Below, piece after piece: positions 13,500 to 26,214 of a stretch of DNA of 64,000 nucleotides. Location: NCBI RefSeq assembly GCF_004010195.1, contig NC_057759.1, positions 3,392,057 to 3,456,056 of the forward strand, written 5' to 3'. Numbering within the stretch: position 1 is the stretch's first letter; the number at the start of each line of letters is the position of its first letter. This DNA is from Chiloscyllium plagiosum (taxonomy: Eukaryota). Made by a program: the position numbers and the translations under genes. Below the pieces are notes generated by a model that did not search any database, was not told the DNA's origin, and saw only the letters and a program-made list of their open reading frames with translations.

Positions 13500-14190
13500 T
13501 GTTTTGCTATTTGATTGAGACTGACATGTTTCTCAACCTATTCCCCTGCAATCTCCTGTAACTCTTGATTCCCTTACAAAACAAGAAATTATCCATTTCT
13601 GTCTTAAACACATTCAACGACTTGAACTCCACAGCCTTTTGCAGCAATGAGTTCCACAGATTCCCCACCGTCTGGCTGAATAAATTATTCCTCATCTCAG
13701 TTCAAAAGGGACATCCCTTCATGCTGAGACTGTGCCTTCGTGTCCTCATCTCTCCATGTCCACTCCATCTGGGCGTTTCAGTATTCTCCGAGTTTCAATC
13801 AGATTCTCCCTTATCCTTCTAAACTCCATTGAGTCCAGACTCAGAGTCCTCAATCTCTCCTCATATGACAAGTTCTTCATCCCTGGGATCTTCCTTGTAA
13901 ACTCTCTCCAAGTTCAGCACATCCTTCCTGAGATAGGGGGCCCAAAACTGTTCACAATGTTCCAAATGTGGTCTGACCAGAGCCTTATACAGCCTCAGCA
14001 GTACATCCCTGCTCTTGTACTGTAACCCTCTCGAAATAAATGCTAACATTACATTTGCCTTCCTAACTGCCAACTGAACCTGCCTGTTAACCTGAAGAGA
14101 ATCCTGAACTCGGACTCCCAACTCCCTTTGTGCTTCAGATTTCCGAAACCTTTCCCCATTTAGGAAACAGTCTCCGCCTCTATTCTTCTA
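13500..14190 (-). mobile_element. CR1 RT C-terminus/3' fragment
   Basis: LYKALVRPHLEHCEQFWAPYLRKD. Confidence 0.92.
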
Positions 14191-14389
14191 ATCCCATTGT
14201 TCAGAAGTGGGGTTGTCTTCCTGTAGTTAGGACGTCATTGAATATGTTCAAAGCTGAATTCATCTGATTTTTGAACAACAAAGAATCGATGCTACAGTTA
14301 CAGAGTGTAAGTATATGGCTTAGTTCGAGGCATTCAGAAGCCTTTAATGATATATTTGTTTCAGTTGCTTATAATGCAATGCTGTACAT

Positions 14390-14500
14390 GGCCATTGACG
14401 AGCGCGGGGCCTGAAGCTAAAATGGCGCCGGGGCCACGCGGGAAGGAAAAGCGCCGAGGGAGAGCGGACTGTGTCAACATGTCCCGTTCCCGAGGGTCAG
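14390..14500 (+). promoter_or_regulatory. CpG-rich first-exon/promoter remnant with YY1-type AAAATGGCG
   Basis: aaaatggcgcc at about 14419 within a GC/CpG-rich patch; possible donor gagg|gtcagg. Confidence 0.45.
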
Positions 14501-14569
14501 GATGGTGGTTATTGGGGGGTGGAGGGGGACAGGAGAGATTCCCCCTCCCAGTGAGGCATCTTGTATAAA

Positions 14570-14805
14570 CCGCGAGATCTCTCTCCATTTCCCTATCTGT
14601 GCATCTATCTCTCTCTGTAACTGTTTGACTATCCATGACTTTAGCTCTATGTCGATTAATCTCGATGACTCTGTGATCTTGTGTCTGTCTATGTCTCTCT
14701 CTCTGAATATGTTTCTTTGTAACTATGTCTCTGTGTATCCTTGTTTCTCCCTGCCTCTCTATGACCCTCTGACTCTCTCTGACTCTGTAACTCTCTCTGA
14801 CTGTA
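14570..14805. repeat. Degenerate CT/CTGT-rich low-complexity tract
   Basis: Runs of ctct/ctgt/gact. Confidence 0.7.
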
Positions 14806-14885
14806 TGGTGGGAGTACTATTTATTGCTGAACACAACAACAACTCCTGCCTTAGAAAAGTGCCTAACCGTTTTGTTTAATCACAG

Positions 14886-15146
14886 GCATCTGTCTCAGGC
14901 CAGTGCCCATCTGGAATTGACGTAGTGGAGGGAGACAGTACGTTAAACTGCTTGGTTTGATCCCATTTCAATATATTTTGTACAAGGATGGTGAGGAGAT
15001 TTACTGGGAATACTCCAACTACAGCAGGACTGTACACACAATCATCAACATCAGCAAAAATCAAGATGGCAGTTAGCACTCTGCTGTTTCTAACCAGCAG
15101 GCAGGGTCTCTCCTGAACAGCAAATTCCTCGCTGTTTCACTGATCT
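14886..15146 (+). pseudogene. Ig-domain pseudo-exon 1
   Basis: DVVEGDSTLNCLV*, then a frameshift into PFQYILYKDGEEIY...NQDGS*HSAVSNQ...SKFLAVSLI. The Y-x-C motif has decayed to *-H-S. Acceptor cacag, donor gtgagt at 15147. Confidence 0.75.
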
Positions 15147-15199
15147 GTGAGTGTCTAACCAACTCTATACAAATCCACATTATCAGAGAAATGTGATAG

Positions 15200-16075
15200 C
15201 ACTGGGGGAGCATGCAGAGGGAGATTTACCTGGATGTTACCTTGGGGGTTGGAGAGTTTCAGTGATGGAGAGAGACTGGACAGACTAGGGTTGTTTTCCT
15301 TAGAGCAGAGGAGATGGAGAGTCTGGTGACGTGATTGAGATGTATGAAATGATGAATAGGGTAGATAGGATAGACAGGAAGAAACATTTTCCCCTTGACG
15401 GAGGGAAGAGGCAGAGATTGAAGGTAAGGGCCAGGAGGTTTTGAGGGGGATGTGATGGAAAACATTTTCTCCCAGAGGCTGGTGGGGAATCTGGAACCCA
15501 CTGCCTGTAAGGGTGGGAGAGGCAGAAATCCTCATCACAATGAAGAAAGACGTGGGTGTGCACTTGTGATGCCAAGGCTAAAATCAGATTAAGTGGACCT
15601 TGACATTTCACTTGTATTTTCTTATAGGGGCTTGGTTAAGGTAAATAGCTATTGTCTTTTCCGAAGGGTGGGGGAGTCCAAACCTAGAGGGTGAAAGGGA
15701 TTTAAGGTGAGAGGGGAAAGATTGAAAAGTGACCTGAGGGGTAAGTTTTTCACACAGATGGTGGTGCATATTTGGAATGAGTTGCCAGAGTAAGTGGTGG
15801 AATCGGGTACATTAACAACCTCTAAAAGAGATTTGGAAAGATACATGGATAGGAAAGGTTTAGACGGATTTGGGCTAAATGCAAACAAATGGGACTCTTT
15901 CGTTTGGGAGACCTGGTCAGCGTAGATGCGTTGGGGCTGATGGGCCTATTTCCATGCTGTATTACCCTGAGACTGGGAAAATGGTATTAGAGAATAGAGA
16001 GTTGGTTGCTTTTGACTGACATGGATTCAGTCGGCTAAAGGTCCTGTTTCTGTGCTGTAGACCTCTGACTCTACA
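15200..16075 (+). mobile_element. CR1 3' fragments
   Basis: Two successive CR1 3' ends (ttttcacacagatggtggtgcatatttggaatgag). Confidence 0.82.
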
Positions 16076-16134
16076 ATCCTTTGTTAAGCAATCCATCAGA
16101 GAATGGTAAAAGCTTAGACAATACAAGCTGAGGA

Positions 16135-16700
16135 GGCTGATGGTAACGCCAAAGATGTTCATAGTAGGGTCAGGTTGGGGACAGTGATGGTAACCCCTAG
16201 GATGTTGATAGTGGGTGGGGTGGGGAGTGACAGTAACCCTCAGGACGGAAACATTCAGAATGTTGATAGTGGGTGTGGGGACAGTGACGGTAACCTCCTG
16301 CATGTAGATAGTGGGGATGGGGCCAATGACATTAACCCACAGGATGTTGATAGTGCAGTGCAGTGGAGTGGGGTGGGGACAGTTACGGTAACTCCCAGTA
16401 TGTTGATAGTGCAGGAGGGTTGGGACAGTGACGGTAACCCTCAGGATGTTGATAGTGCAGGAGGGTGGGGACAGTGAAGGTAACCCTCAGGATGTTGATA
16501 GTGCAGGAGGTTTGGGACAGTGACGGTAACCCTCAGGATGTTGATAGTGCAGGAGGGTGGGGACAGTGACGGTAACCCTCAGGATGTTGATAGTGCTGGA
16601 GGGTGGGGACAGTGACGGTAACCCTCAGGATGTTGATAGTGCAGGAGGGGTGGGGACAGTGACAGTAACCCCCAGGATGTTGTCACTGCAGGGGGTGGGT
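16135..16700. repeat. 46-bp minisatellite
   Basis: GGGACAGTGACGGTAACCCTCAGGATGTTGATAGTGCAGGAGGGT(G/T); unit starts at 16422, 16468, 16514 and 16560. Confidence 0.95.
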
Positions 16701-16980
16701 ACACTAATGGCAACACCATTGAACATCAAAAGGCAATGGCTGGATGATGTACCATTTGGCCATGCATAGTTAACACAATTTTTTCAAAGTGTAGATTTTA
16801 CAACACAGGGAGACTTTACAATGATCTGAAATTTCGCTTGTTTTATTTCTCCTTTCTATCAATTATTATCCTGTCATTGACGATAACATCCATGAGAAAA
16901 GAGACAATTTCAGCATTTGATCTTTTATTTCCTCTTAATCTTGTTTTGTTCCTGTTGCTGGGGCTTTCCTCACCCCCCAG

Positions 16981-17240
16981 AGCCAATAAAACTGAGGTTC
17001 TGACTGGGAGTCATCCCTTTCTAGAGTGTGTATTGAGCCAAGGTACTGGACTCTACTTTCAACAGAAAGCCTTAAACAATGCCAGTGGGAATGACAACAC
17101 TAGCTCAGACAGGACAGAGCTGGCCATTGAATCCTCCCAGTCCCAGCACCAAGGCCGATACCAGTACATCATGATCAACAGGGGTCCCAGTGGAATGATA
17201 TTTAATGTGACTAGTAATTCCATCGACCTCACAGTGCCAG
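16981..17240 (+). pseudogene. Ig-domain pseudo-exon 2
   Basis: EVLTGSHPFLECVLSQGT...LAIESSQSQHQGRYQY...NVTSNSIDLTVP, with the second Cys changed to Tyr. Polypyrimidine-cag acceptor, gtaatc donor; length 260 nt is not a multiple of 3. Confidence 0.78.
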
Positions 17241-17539
17241 GTAATCCATTCTTCATTCGCGATCTGTGCTCGTTCTTCACTGGGGTCCAGCTGAAGACTT
17301 GACATGAACACTCATTTTTTTTAAAAAAATTGCTTCAGAAACTCAGCAGGTCTGGCAACATCTGTGGAGAGAGACAGACTTAATGTTACAGAAAGTGCTG
17401 GAAAAACTCAGGTCTGGCAGCAGCTGTGTAGAGAGAGAGCGCGAGAGAGAAAAACATTCTTTCTCAGATAAGGGAGATCTTCATAGTGAGAGGATTCAAG
17501 TCCAGGAACAGGGGTGGCTTGCTACAATTGTACAGGTTG

Positions 17540-18060
17540 AGACCACACACTGGATTCCTGTGTGCAATTTGGGGTTCCCTTATCTGTTGAACAACATTGT
17601 GCCTGTGGAGGGAGTACAGCAAAGTTTGCCCAGAATCTTTCCTGGGATGGCAGGACTGACAGATGGAGAGGGACTAGATTGGTTATGATATTCACTGGAG
17701 TTTAGAAGAATTATAGCGGAATGTAATAGAAATCTATAAATTTGAACATAGACGAGACAGTAAACACAGGGAGGGTGTTCCTGGTGACTGGGCAGAGAGT
17801 CCAGAATGAGGGGGTCACAGTCTAAAGGAGATGGGGCAGCACTGAGATGGGGAGAAATGTTTCCACCCAGAGAGTGGGGAACCTGTGGAATTCTCTGCCA
17901 CAGAAAGCAGTCAGGGCCAGAACACTGAATGTTGTTCAGCAAGGAGTTGGATAGAGTTCTTAGGGGCTAAAGGGAGAGTGCGGTGAGACACGGGACCAAG
18001 TTGGGTGATCCCATTGAATGGGCGGAGCGGGTTGGAGGGCCGAATGGCCTCCTCACAATG
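17540..18060 (+). mobile_element. CR1 3' fragment
   Basis: Similar to the copy at 6120-6520. Confidence 0.8.
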
Positions 18061-18440
18061 ATATTTTTGATATTTCTCTGTGGCCCAGTTGCCGCTGACA
18101 GGTTTTGGTCAAAGGGAAGTTTTGCTTCAATATATGTAGGCCTTGAAAATGAGGATCAATAATTTCTAGTTGACACTTGAGAGTGTGGATGCAGAGTGAT
18201 TTTTTTTTTAGTTTAGAATCGAACAGTCTGGGTTGGATTGGTGGGATCTTGTTAATGGGACAGGCTGCACAGAAACAGTGATGTCACTGTGATGGTGAGG
18301 GTTTGAGTGAATTTCGCAGACACAAGGGTTTCCCTCCAAATGGACGGGTGTTGGCAAGGGGTCAGGGCAACAGGGAACACTAGGGTTGGTGTTTGCTGAA
18401 GGAATGATGTTATTGACAGGAAATCCCTCTCTGAATCCAG

Positions 18441-18542
18441 CACAGCAACACAGTGTTGAGGTGGCAGTACTCATTGTCCCAATGTTTCTGATCCTTTCTT
18501 TCCTCACAATGCTTCCCATTAAACTCCAGACCAGGAAACATG
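18441..18542 (+). pseudogene. Transmembrane exon
   Basis: 102 nt, phase 1-1: QQHSVEVAVLIVPMFLILSFLTMLPIKLQTRKH (hydrophobic run plus basic stop-transfer residues). Boundaries ccag / gtgggt. Confidence 0.72.
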
Positions 18543-18779
18543 GTGGGTGAGACACTCTGGCAGGTAATGCTGGTGATCCTTCTTCAGTCGGGACTCAATT
18601 TGGGTTTCAAATTAATGTTGCTCACAGAGAGTGTATTAGGATGTGTGTATGGGAGAGTATGACTGCTAGTGTGAGTCAGAGTATGAAGGTGTGTGTGTGT
18701 GAGAGAGAGAGAGACACACACGTTCTCATTGACACGCACATACACACTCACTTACTCACTTCTGCATTGTATCTTGTAG

Positions 18780-19235
18780 ACAACACTTGAGAAGCCAAAC
18801 ACCATCCAGAGGCAACACAGCACATACTTGATTGGCACCGCATCCACAAACATCCACTCCCACCACCACTGATACTCAGTAGCAGCAGTGTGTACCATCT
18901 ATGAGATGCACTGCAGAAATTCAAAGGTCCTCAGGCAACACATTCCAAACCCACAATCACTTCCAAATCGAAGGGCAAGGACAGCAGATACATGAGAATA
19001 CCACCTCCTGCAAGTTTCCCCCTGAGCCACTCACCATCCCAACTTGGAAATATAGTGTTCATTTAGTGTTGCTGGGTCAACGTCCTGAAATTCCTTCTAA
19101 TGGTATTGAGAGTCTACCTACAGCACAGGGGCTGCAGTGGTTCAAGAAGTCATCTCACTACCTCCCTCTCAAGGGGCTAACGAGGGATGGATAATAAATT
19201 CTCGGCTCAGACAGTGATTTCCACAAGTGAATTTA
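18780..19235 (+). mobile_element. 3' fragment of a second LINE family (CR1/L2 group)
   Basis: gattggcacc.catccacaaacatccactccc..gcagcagtgtgtaccatcta.gagatgcactgc; homologous copy at 24640-25085. Confidence 0.78.
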
Positions 19236-19501
19236 AAAACAAATAATAAAACACTATGTGGGAATGTGCTTTGTGAGGATGTGGACAGGCTGAACAAGTG
19301 GCAGATGAAATTACGTGGGGAGACATACAAAGTAATGTGTTGTGTTCAGAGGAGTGGTCAGCACAGATATAAACTAAAGGTTAAAATTGGAATAATTGTT
19401 GCTTGCACAGCAGTCAAATCAGTCAGATTCATTTGCAAGCAGGTGAAGCTGAATATTTACAGTAAAACTTTCCCATGTTCTTTTTCTCTTATTTTCTCCA
19501 G

Positions 19502-19532
19502 CTTATTCTTCCAACAGTTCCCGGCAACACAG
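19502..19532 (+). pseudogene. Short cytoplasmic exon
   Basis: Strong acceptor ttttctccag and perfect donor cag|gtaagt; encodes YSSNSSRQH in phase with the TM exon. Confidence 0.68.
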
Positions 19533-20606
19533 GTAAGTTATTGAGGTGGTTAGCAACTTCGAACAGCATTCAAACAATGTCCAAATGGGCTGAAAATCAC
19601 TCTGGGGTGCAAACCCAGCAATTTTACATTTGTTAGACAAATTGGAGCAAATGGACGAGAGAGACTCGTTCGCATATCTAATGCACAACAGTCCCAATCA
19701 TGGACACCCTCTCAATTTTGGTTAGACCTAAATTGAGCGTTGGTCAGTCTCATCAGTGATGAGATTATCCATTGTAGTCAGAAGAATTGAAAAAGGCAAG
19801 TTGTCATCTGAATGGGAGAGAAAGTTCAAATTGTGTCAGTGCAAAGGGATCAGGATGTCGTTGTGCATTAATCTCAAAGTAGTGTATAGCTATAGTGAGT
19901 CATAAGGAAGGCATTCATTGCTAAAGGAATGGAGTATGAAAGTAGGGAAGTGTTACTGTAACTTGACAAAGTATTGGGGTTTCCACATCGAGACCACTGA
20001 GGTTGGTTCCCTTACTTGAGGAGGGATGTAGTTGAATTGGATGGAGTTCAAAGGAGATTCACTTAATTGATTGCCAAGATGAAAAGTTAGTCTTGTACAA
20101 TTTTGATCTCTTGAGGACAGGTGCAGTTATACTGTACGCAGTTCTGAAGAGATTCACTCAATCATTTTCAGAGATGAAGAGTTTCTTAGCTGAAAGGTTG
20201 AGCTGTTTCTCTGGAGTTTGGAAGAGAGGCGAAATAACTGAGGGTTATAAGATGCGGAAGTGGCGATTGACAAAGGAGATGGAGAGAGGATGTTTGCTCA
20301 TTTGGGAGAATCTGGAATGAGAGGTTATTGTTTTAGGATGAAGTGCTGGGCAGACTGAAAACAGAGATAAGGAGGAATGAATTATCTCAAATGAGGAGGG
20401 GGGTTGTATATCTGTGGGAGCATCTACACCAGCCCCCAACACACTATAAATTGAACGAGGAGACAGACAGAGTGTGGGTAGGTATGTGGATTTGAGGCTG
20501 AAATAGGATCAACTACGATTGTATGGAATAGGGGAACAGTTTCCTGAGGGACCAAATGGACTGAATCTGATCCTAGCCTGTATGTTTTTGTGGAGTTATT
20601 CTGTTT

Positions 20607-20881
20607 GTTAGATTACTTACAGTGTGGAAACACGCCCACTCTGACCCTCCGAAGAGCAACCCACCCAGACCCAATCCCCTACATTTCCCCTTCACCTAAC
20701 ACTACGGGCAACATAGCGTGGGTAAATCACCTAACCTGCACATTTTTATACTTTGGAAGGAAACTGGAGCACCCGGAGGAAACCCACGCAGACATGGGGA
20801 GAATGTGCAAACTCCACATTGAACCCAGGTCTCTGGTGCTGTGAGGCAGCAGTGCTAATCACTGTGCCACCGTGCCGCCCA
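20607..20881 (-). mobile_element. HE1-type V-SINE
   Basis: gggcggcacggtggcacagtg head; V-domain; (taatc)n tail. Confidence 0.92.
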
Positions 20882-21269
20882 CAGTTAGCAGCAAGAAAAT
20901 GAAACAAAACTACTAGGAGGAAGAAAATCTAGTTTGCTATAACACAATAGGTTTTAATTTGTAAACATTTGAAAATAAAGACAAAAATGATTTAATACAG
21001 ATTTGGTGAAGGATGTTGGATGAAAGAAATGGAAAGACAATACAAAGTACGGGGGTAAAATTCTAAAGGTGGTGCAGAAGCAAAGGGACCTGGGGGTATA
21101 TGTGCACAGGTCAGTGAAGGTGGCATAACAGGGGGAGAGGGGCTAATAAAACACAACATTCTTGCCTTTATTAAGAGGGGCATAGACTCCGAGAACAGGG
21201 AGGTGATGTTGAACTTGTACAAGACAATGTTAGACCTCAGCTGGAGTGTCAGAGAGAGAGAGAGTGACA

Positions 21270-21440
21270 ACTGATAGGTGGTGGTTTAATCTGAGAGTTA
21301 CCATGCCTCTCACAAGGGGAGAGGTGGGGAAGGATGGTCCTTCATGGTAACCTCAGCCAGTGAGAGATTCAAACCCATGCTGTCGATGTTACTCCACATT
21401 CCAAACTAGCCATCCAGCCAACTGACCTAACCCAACACCC
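21270..21440 (-). mobile_element. tRNA-derived SINE of another family (second copy at about 32545-32692)
   Basis: Minus strand ggttaggtcagttggctggatggct...catgggtttgaatctc...ctcagattaaaccacca, with A/B-box-like head. Confidence 0.6.
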
Positions 21441-22340
21441 AATACAAAGCAGAGAGCAGAAAATAAACTAATTCTAGTGACAGCACAAGTACTGAATGGA
21501 GAATGTTAGCTTATATTGGAGATACCCAACAGATCAAAGGTGCATTTCTTTATATGCGTGTAACACCATACCTTCACAGGCAACAGAAGCCGAATTTAGA
21601 AATACATTTGACAAAGGGAGTTGGCCTTCTATTACCCAAGCTGATTTTGTTCTGTTCTTGACACCTTACTTAAGGAAGGATGTCAAAACCCTGGAGACAG
21701 ATTTAAGGAGATTTATGAGAATGATGCCAACAATGAGGGATTTTAGATACAGGGAGTGGTTCAAGAGATTGAGCTTATTCTGTTTCAAGCAGAGAAGATG
21801 AAGTGGTGACATTATTGAGATGTTGAAAGTTCTGAACAATTCTGACGGGAAAGAAAGTTATTGTTTCTCACTCTTTGGTCTATTAGTAACTGGCTGGTCA
21901 GAATTTCAAGATTGTCAGTGAGAGAGTGAGATAAGGAGAAACTTATTTAGGTTGTTGGGTTTGGAATGTGCTGCTTTGGGGGAGTGGTGGAGGCAGATTT
22001 CATAGGAGGTTCGAAAAGAGAGCTGGATATAAATTTGAAAGGGATGACGGTCGAGGGCTGTGGAGACATCGGTGGAGAGTGGGACTAGCTGGGTAGCTCG
22101 TTCAGGAGCTGGTACAGACACGAATGGCTTCTTTCTGTACAGTAAAATTTTGATTCTCTGAACGTAGATGTTCTGAGCCATATTCCGGACAATTCCAGGA
22201 GGTCATTCCTTGGGGCCTTGGCTCAGTGACCTCATTGCCAGGAGTTTTCGTATGTGAACAGCAGCAAATTGTTGTCATGAGCGGGATTGGAACTTGGTTG
22301 GGTAATGGTCTGTAATTATTTCATTCTGGGGAGGCGATAG

Positions 22341-22422
22341 GAAATCGAGCTGAGGGCGCGAGTGAGGACAGAACCTGCAAGAAAGTTTGAATACGCAGAG
22401 ATCGGGTCAAGTCAATTGAACT
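22341..22422 (+). pseudogene. Cytoplasmic exon with tyrosine motif FEYAEI
   Basis: ...EPARKFEYAEIGSSQLN, then gtgagt donor at 22423. Acceptor is weak. Confidence 0.55.
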
Positions 22423-24639
22423 GTGAGTATGAATCTGTGAAGTACTGATCCTGCACTGTCACATATTCGTCAGCGTTCATGCTGGTATTCATCTGATTGG
22501 GAAGATCAAAAACAAATCACTTTCTGGAAGCGTTGGAGGGAAGTTTGGGTTTTTTCCTTTACAACAGAGAAGGTTGATGGAGGATGGGGACATATAGAGG
22601 TGTGTAAGATTGGTAGTATTATAGAGCAGAGAGGCTTAGGGGTTCAGGTACATCATTCTTCGGAGTTTGTGTCACAGGTAGACAGGGTGTTTGAGAAGGT
22701 GTTTTGAGCAGTTGTCTTCATTGCTCAGACCATTGTGTATAGGAGTTCGGACACCATGTTGTGGTTGTACGGGACACTGGTGAAGCCTGTTCTGGTGTAT
22801 TGTATCCAATTCTGGTTGCCCTGTTAGAGGAAGGACATTATTAAGCTGGAGAGGGTTCAGAAAAGATATACCACAATGTTGTTGGAATGGAGCGTTTGAG
22901 TTATGAGGAGAGATGGATGGGCTGGGACTCTTTTCACTGGAGGGTAGAAGTTTGAGGGGTATAGAGGTTTATGAAACCATGATGGGCAAAGATGAGGTGA
23001 ATGGTAGGTGTCTTTTCCCTAGGGTGGGGGACATCAAGACCAGGGGACATAGTTTTCAGGTAAGAGGAGAAACACTTTTAAAAATGACATGGGGGCAACT
23101 TTTTTTGATGGAGAGTGGTTCACATGTAGATTGAACTTTCAGAGGAATTGGTGGAGACAGGGACAGTTACAATGTTAAAAAGACATTTAGGTAAGTACAA
23201 GAATAGGGATGGTTTGGAGAGATATGGTCAAATGCAAACAAGTGGGACTAGTTTAGTTTGCGATTATGGATGACATGGACAAGTTGGACTGAAGGGTCTG
23301 TTTCCTTGCTTTGTGACTCTATGACTCTTTTATGAGGGACGTGGACGGGGGACAGGAAGCAACTGTTTCACTTAGTCGAAGGGTCAGTAACATAGGGAGG
23401 GCATCATTTTTAAACTGAAGGTTCGAAAGCGATTTGAGGATTTTTTCACCCAGAGGATGATGGGGATCTGGAATGTGTGAAAATGAAATATTTGGACTTG
23501 CAGTTTCTGTTTGAAATTACTCATTGCTCCAGTGTGTGGAAATGTCATTTTGTAACTGCAGAGGGTTCCATGATTTATTAATGTGGAATATTCGTATAAA
23601 GGAGCAGGAGGAGGCCATTCAGCCCCTTGATCCTGTTCCACCATTCAATGGATGATTTGTGACCTGACTCCATCGACCTTTCTTTGGCGCCTATCACCTA
23701 ATAACTTTGCCGAACAAAACAATGTATCTCAGATTTAAAACTAACAACTGATCCAGCAATGCCTGCTGTTTGTGGAAGAGTCTCCCAGCCTTTGTGTGTA
23801 GTACTATTTCCTAACATCTCTCCTGAACAGTCCTTATTCTCTGGCTATCCCCTCCCTTGTTGATCCCCAACCAGTGGAAACACTTTCAATTTATCCACCC
23901 TGTCTTTTCCTATTAATCGCTTTGATCAGATCATCCCTAAACACTGTAAATTCTGGACAGAACAGGCTAAATTTGTTTAATCTGTCCTCATAACTTAACC
24001 CCTGAATCCCAGGTATCATTCTTGTAAACTCACGCTGTACTTCCTCCCAGACCAATCTATCCGTTCTCAGGTGTGGTGCCCAGATCTGCTCCAAGTGGGG
24101 TCAAACCAGGGTTTTGTATAACTGCAGGATCCCTTCTGCATCCTTGTACTCCAGTCCACTCGATATAAAGGCAAGCATTTCTTTAGCTTTCTTCAGGCAA
24201 TGAATGTCAGAAATAAAAAGAAACACAGAAATTGTTGGAGAAACTCAGCAGGGATAGATTTTTTTGTCACCTGGAGACTGACTGTTTATTGTTGAAGACA
24301 ACTGTCCATCTTTTCTTTTGACCCTTTAGTTTTGAGCTGTGCTGGAGCCATGTACTGTTCAGTAAAGAACTCAGGGGCACACAATGGCAACAATTCATTT
24401 TGTTTGCAAACCTTGAGATTCTTGAACATAGCCAGGGGTACACTGAGAATTATTATTAAAGGGCAGAAAACAAAGGCTTCCCTTATATCTGAGGGGGGCT
24501 GTGTGCGATGAATTTTTAGGGTGGACCCTGGGATCCATCTGAGGAAGACAGAACAGTAGTGATTCTTCATGGTTTATTTCTTTATTACTCAGAGGAATAA
24601 ATGGTCAGAATCTTCCCTGATTGAGCCATTCCAAGTATC

Positions 24640-25085
24640 TTAAGCAGCCCGCTTGATTGGAACCACATCCAGAAGCATCCACTCCCTCTACTACCAATGC
24701 TCAGTAACAGCAATGTGTACCATCTACAAGATGTACTGCGGAAATGCACCAAACATCCTCAGGCAACACCTTCAAAACCCATGACCATTTCCATCTCGAA
24801 GGGCAAATGCAGCAGATACATGGGAATGCCCACCCTCTACAAGTTCCCCTTCGGGCCACTTAGGGTCCTTACTTGGAAATATAACACTGTTCCTTCAGTG
24901 TCATTCAGTCAAACTCCTGGAATTCCCTCCCTTGGGGCAATGCATGTCTATCCATGGCACATGGACTGCAGCAGTTCTAGAAAACAGCTCATCCCTACCT
25001 TTTAAAGGGGGCAACAAGGGATGAGTAGGGCAATAAATGCTGGGCCCAGCGGGTGATGCCCATGTGCCATGAGTGAGTAATAATT
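24640..25085 (+). mobile_element. 3' fragment of the second LINE family
   Basis: Homologous to 18780-19235; ends gggcaataaatgctgg...gatgcccatgtgccatga. Confidence 0.78.
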
Positions 25086-25387
25086 AAAAAAAATGTAAAT
25101 TACCCCAGGGCCTCCACCCTATGTGAGTTTGTTCTGGGAGGGTAGGTACAAACTTTGTAATCAATGTTGATGCAAAATATATGTTCAATGTCATTGAGTC
25201 ATCTGGCTTGTGAACTGCTTTGAAAAGGTCGATATATAGCCAAGAGCTTAGGTTTGTACTCCTGCTGGGTTGGGGCTGTGTCCTTAATTATCACTCCGTA
25301 TTGAATTTTGAGGCATTGTTTGCTTTTGGTTTAACGTTCTGATCTCTAACCTTACAGTTCACTTTGCTTATTGTTTCTTGATTATAG

Positions 25388-25459
25388 ATGACTCCAACAC
25401 GGATAGCAGTTTAGTGTACTCAGTTTTCACCATCTCAAAACCAAGAAACGCTGATAAAG
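25388..25459 (+). pseudogene. Cytoplasmic exon with tyrosine motif LVYSVF
   Basis: Acceptor tttcttgattatag; DSNTDSSLVYSVFTISKPRNADK in phase 1. Donor apparently mutated (aaag|gatacg). Confidence 0.6.
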
Positions 25460-25834
25460 GATACGGAACATATACTTTCATAACATTTCTGGTTCAGTGA
25501 AAGTGGAGATTTTCTCTAGTTGATCTTAACTCTCAAAAACCCAGCCACTATTAAACATCACTAGTGTTTACCTTGCTTAAAGCACGGAGTGAAGTCTGTG
25601 TTTTGAATCTTTTTATATCATCATTTGGGTTTATTAATAATCGATAGTGTTTGCAATTGTCCAAATGAAAGACATGTTCCATCTCTGTCAACTAAATTAA
25701 CAACAGGGCAATGTGAATTGGAAGAGGGAATGTTACACTGATGGCTAATTGCTTTATCTTGCAACTTGTTTTGAGGGGCTGCCTAAATTTTAAGCCCTGG
25801 GACATCAATTTCATCTTTGAGGCAAGGAGCATTT

Positions 25835-26153
25835 GATTAGATTAGATTACTTAGTGTGGAAACAGGCCCTTTGGCCCAACAAGTCCACACCGACCCGCCG
25901 AAGCGCAACCCACTCAGACCCATTACCCTATATTTACCTCTTCACCTAACACTATGGGCAAGTTAGCATGACCAATTCACCTAACCTGCACATTTTTGGA
26001 TTGTGGGAGGAAACTGAAGCACCCGGAGGAAACCCACGCAGACACGGGGAAAATGTGCAAACTCCACACAGAGAGTCGCCAGAGGCGGGAATTGAACCCG
26101 GGTCTCTGGCGCTGTGAGGCAGCAGTGCTAACCACTGTGCAACCGTGCCGCCC
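25835..26153 (-). mobile_element. HE1-type V-SINE, full length
   Basis: A/B boxes, V-domain, (TAATC)n tail; short catttg duplication at the flanks. Confidence 0.95.
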
Positions 26154-26214
26154 ATTTGCTTTGGGTCCAGCATCATTCACATGAACAGCATTGCCATTTC
26201 ATTGTCCTGAGCGT

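Larger units (their letters stand above)
19750..24195. mobile_element. Cluster of CR1 fragments (about 19750-20590+, 21000-21245+, 21650-22160+, 22630-23460+, 23590-24195-)
   Basis: Recurrent RT C-terminal motifs (PYLRKDV, LGLFSLE, QIWAPHLR). Confidence 0.8.

Noticed and set aside
14422..14495. Loose resemblance of MAPGPRGKEKRRGRA to the RPL31 N-terminus
   Set aside because: Low-complexity basic match only; downstream residues do not align.
16135..16700. Regular repeat resembling a CRISPR array
   Set aside because: No unique spacers, eukaryotic context, no cas genes.
16838..17302. 154-aa ORF with apparent signal peptide
   Set aside because: The hydrophobic N-part is translated intronic polypyrimidine tract; only 16981-17240 is exonic.
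25835..26153. tRNA-like A/B-box sequences
   Set aside because: SINE heads with no complete cloverleaf; not tRNA genes.
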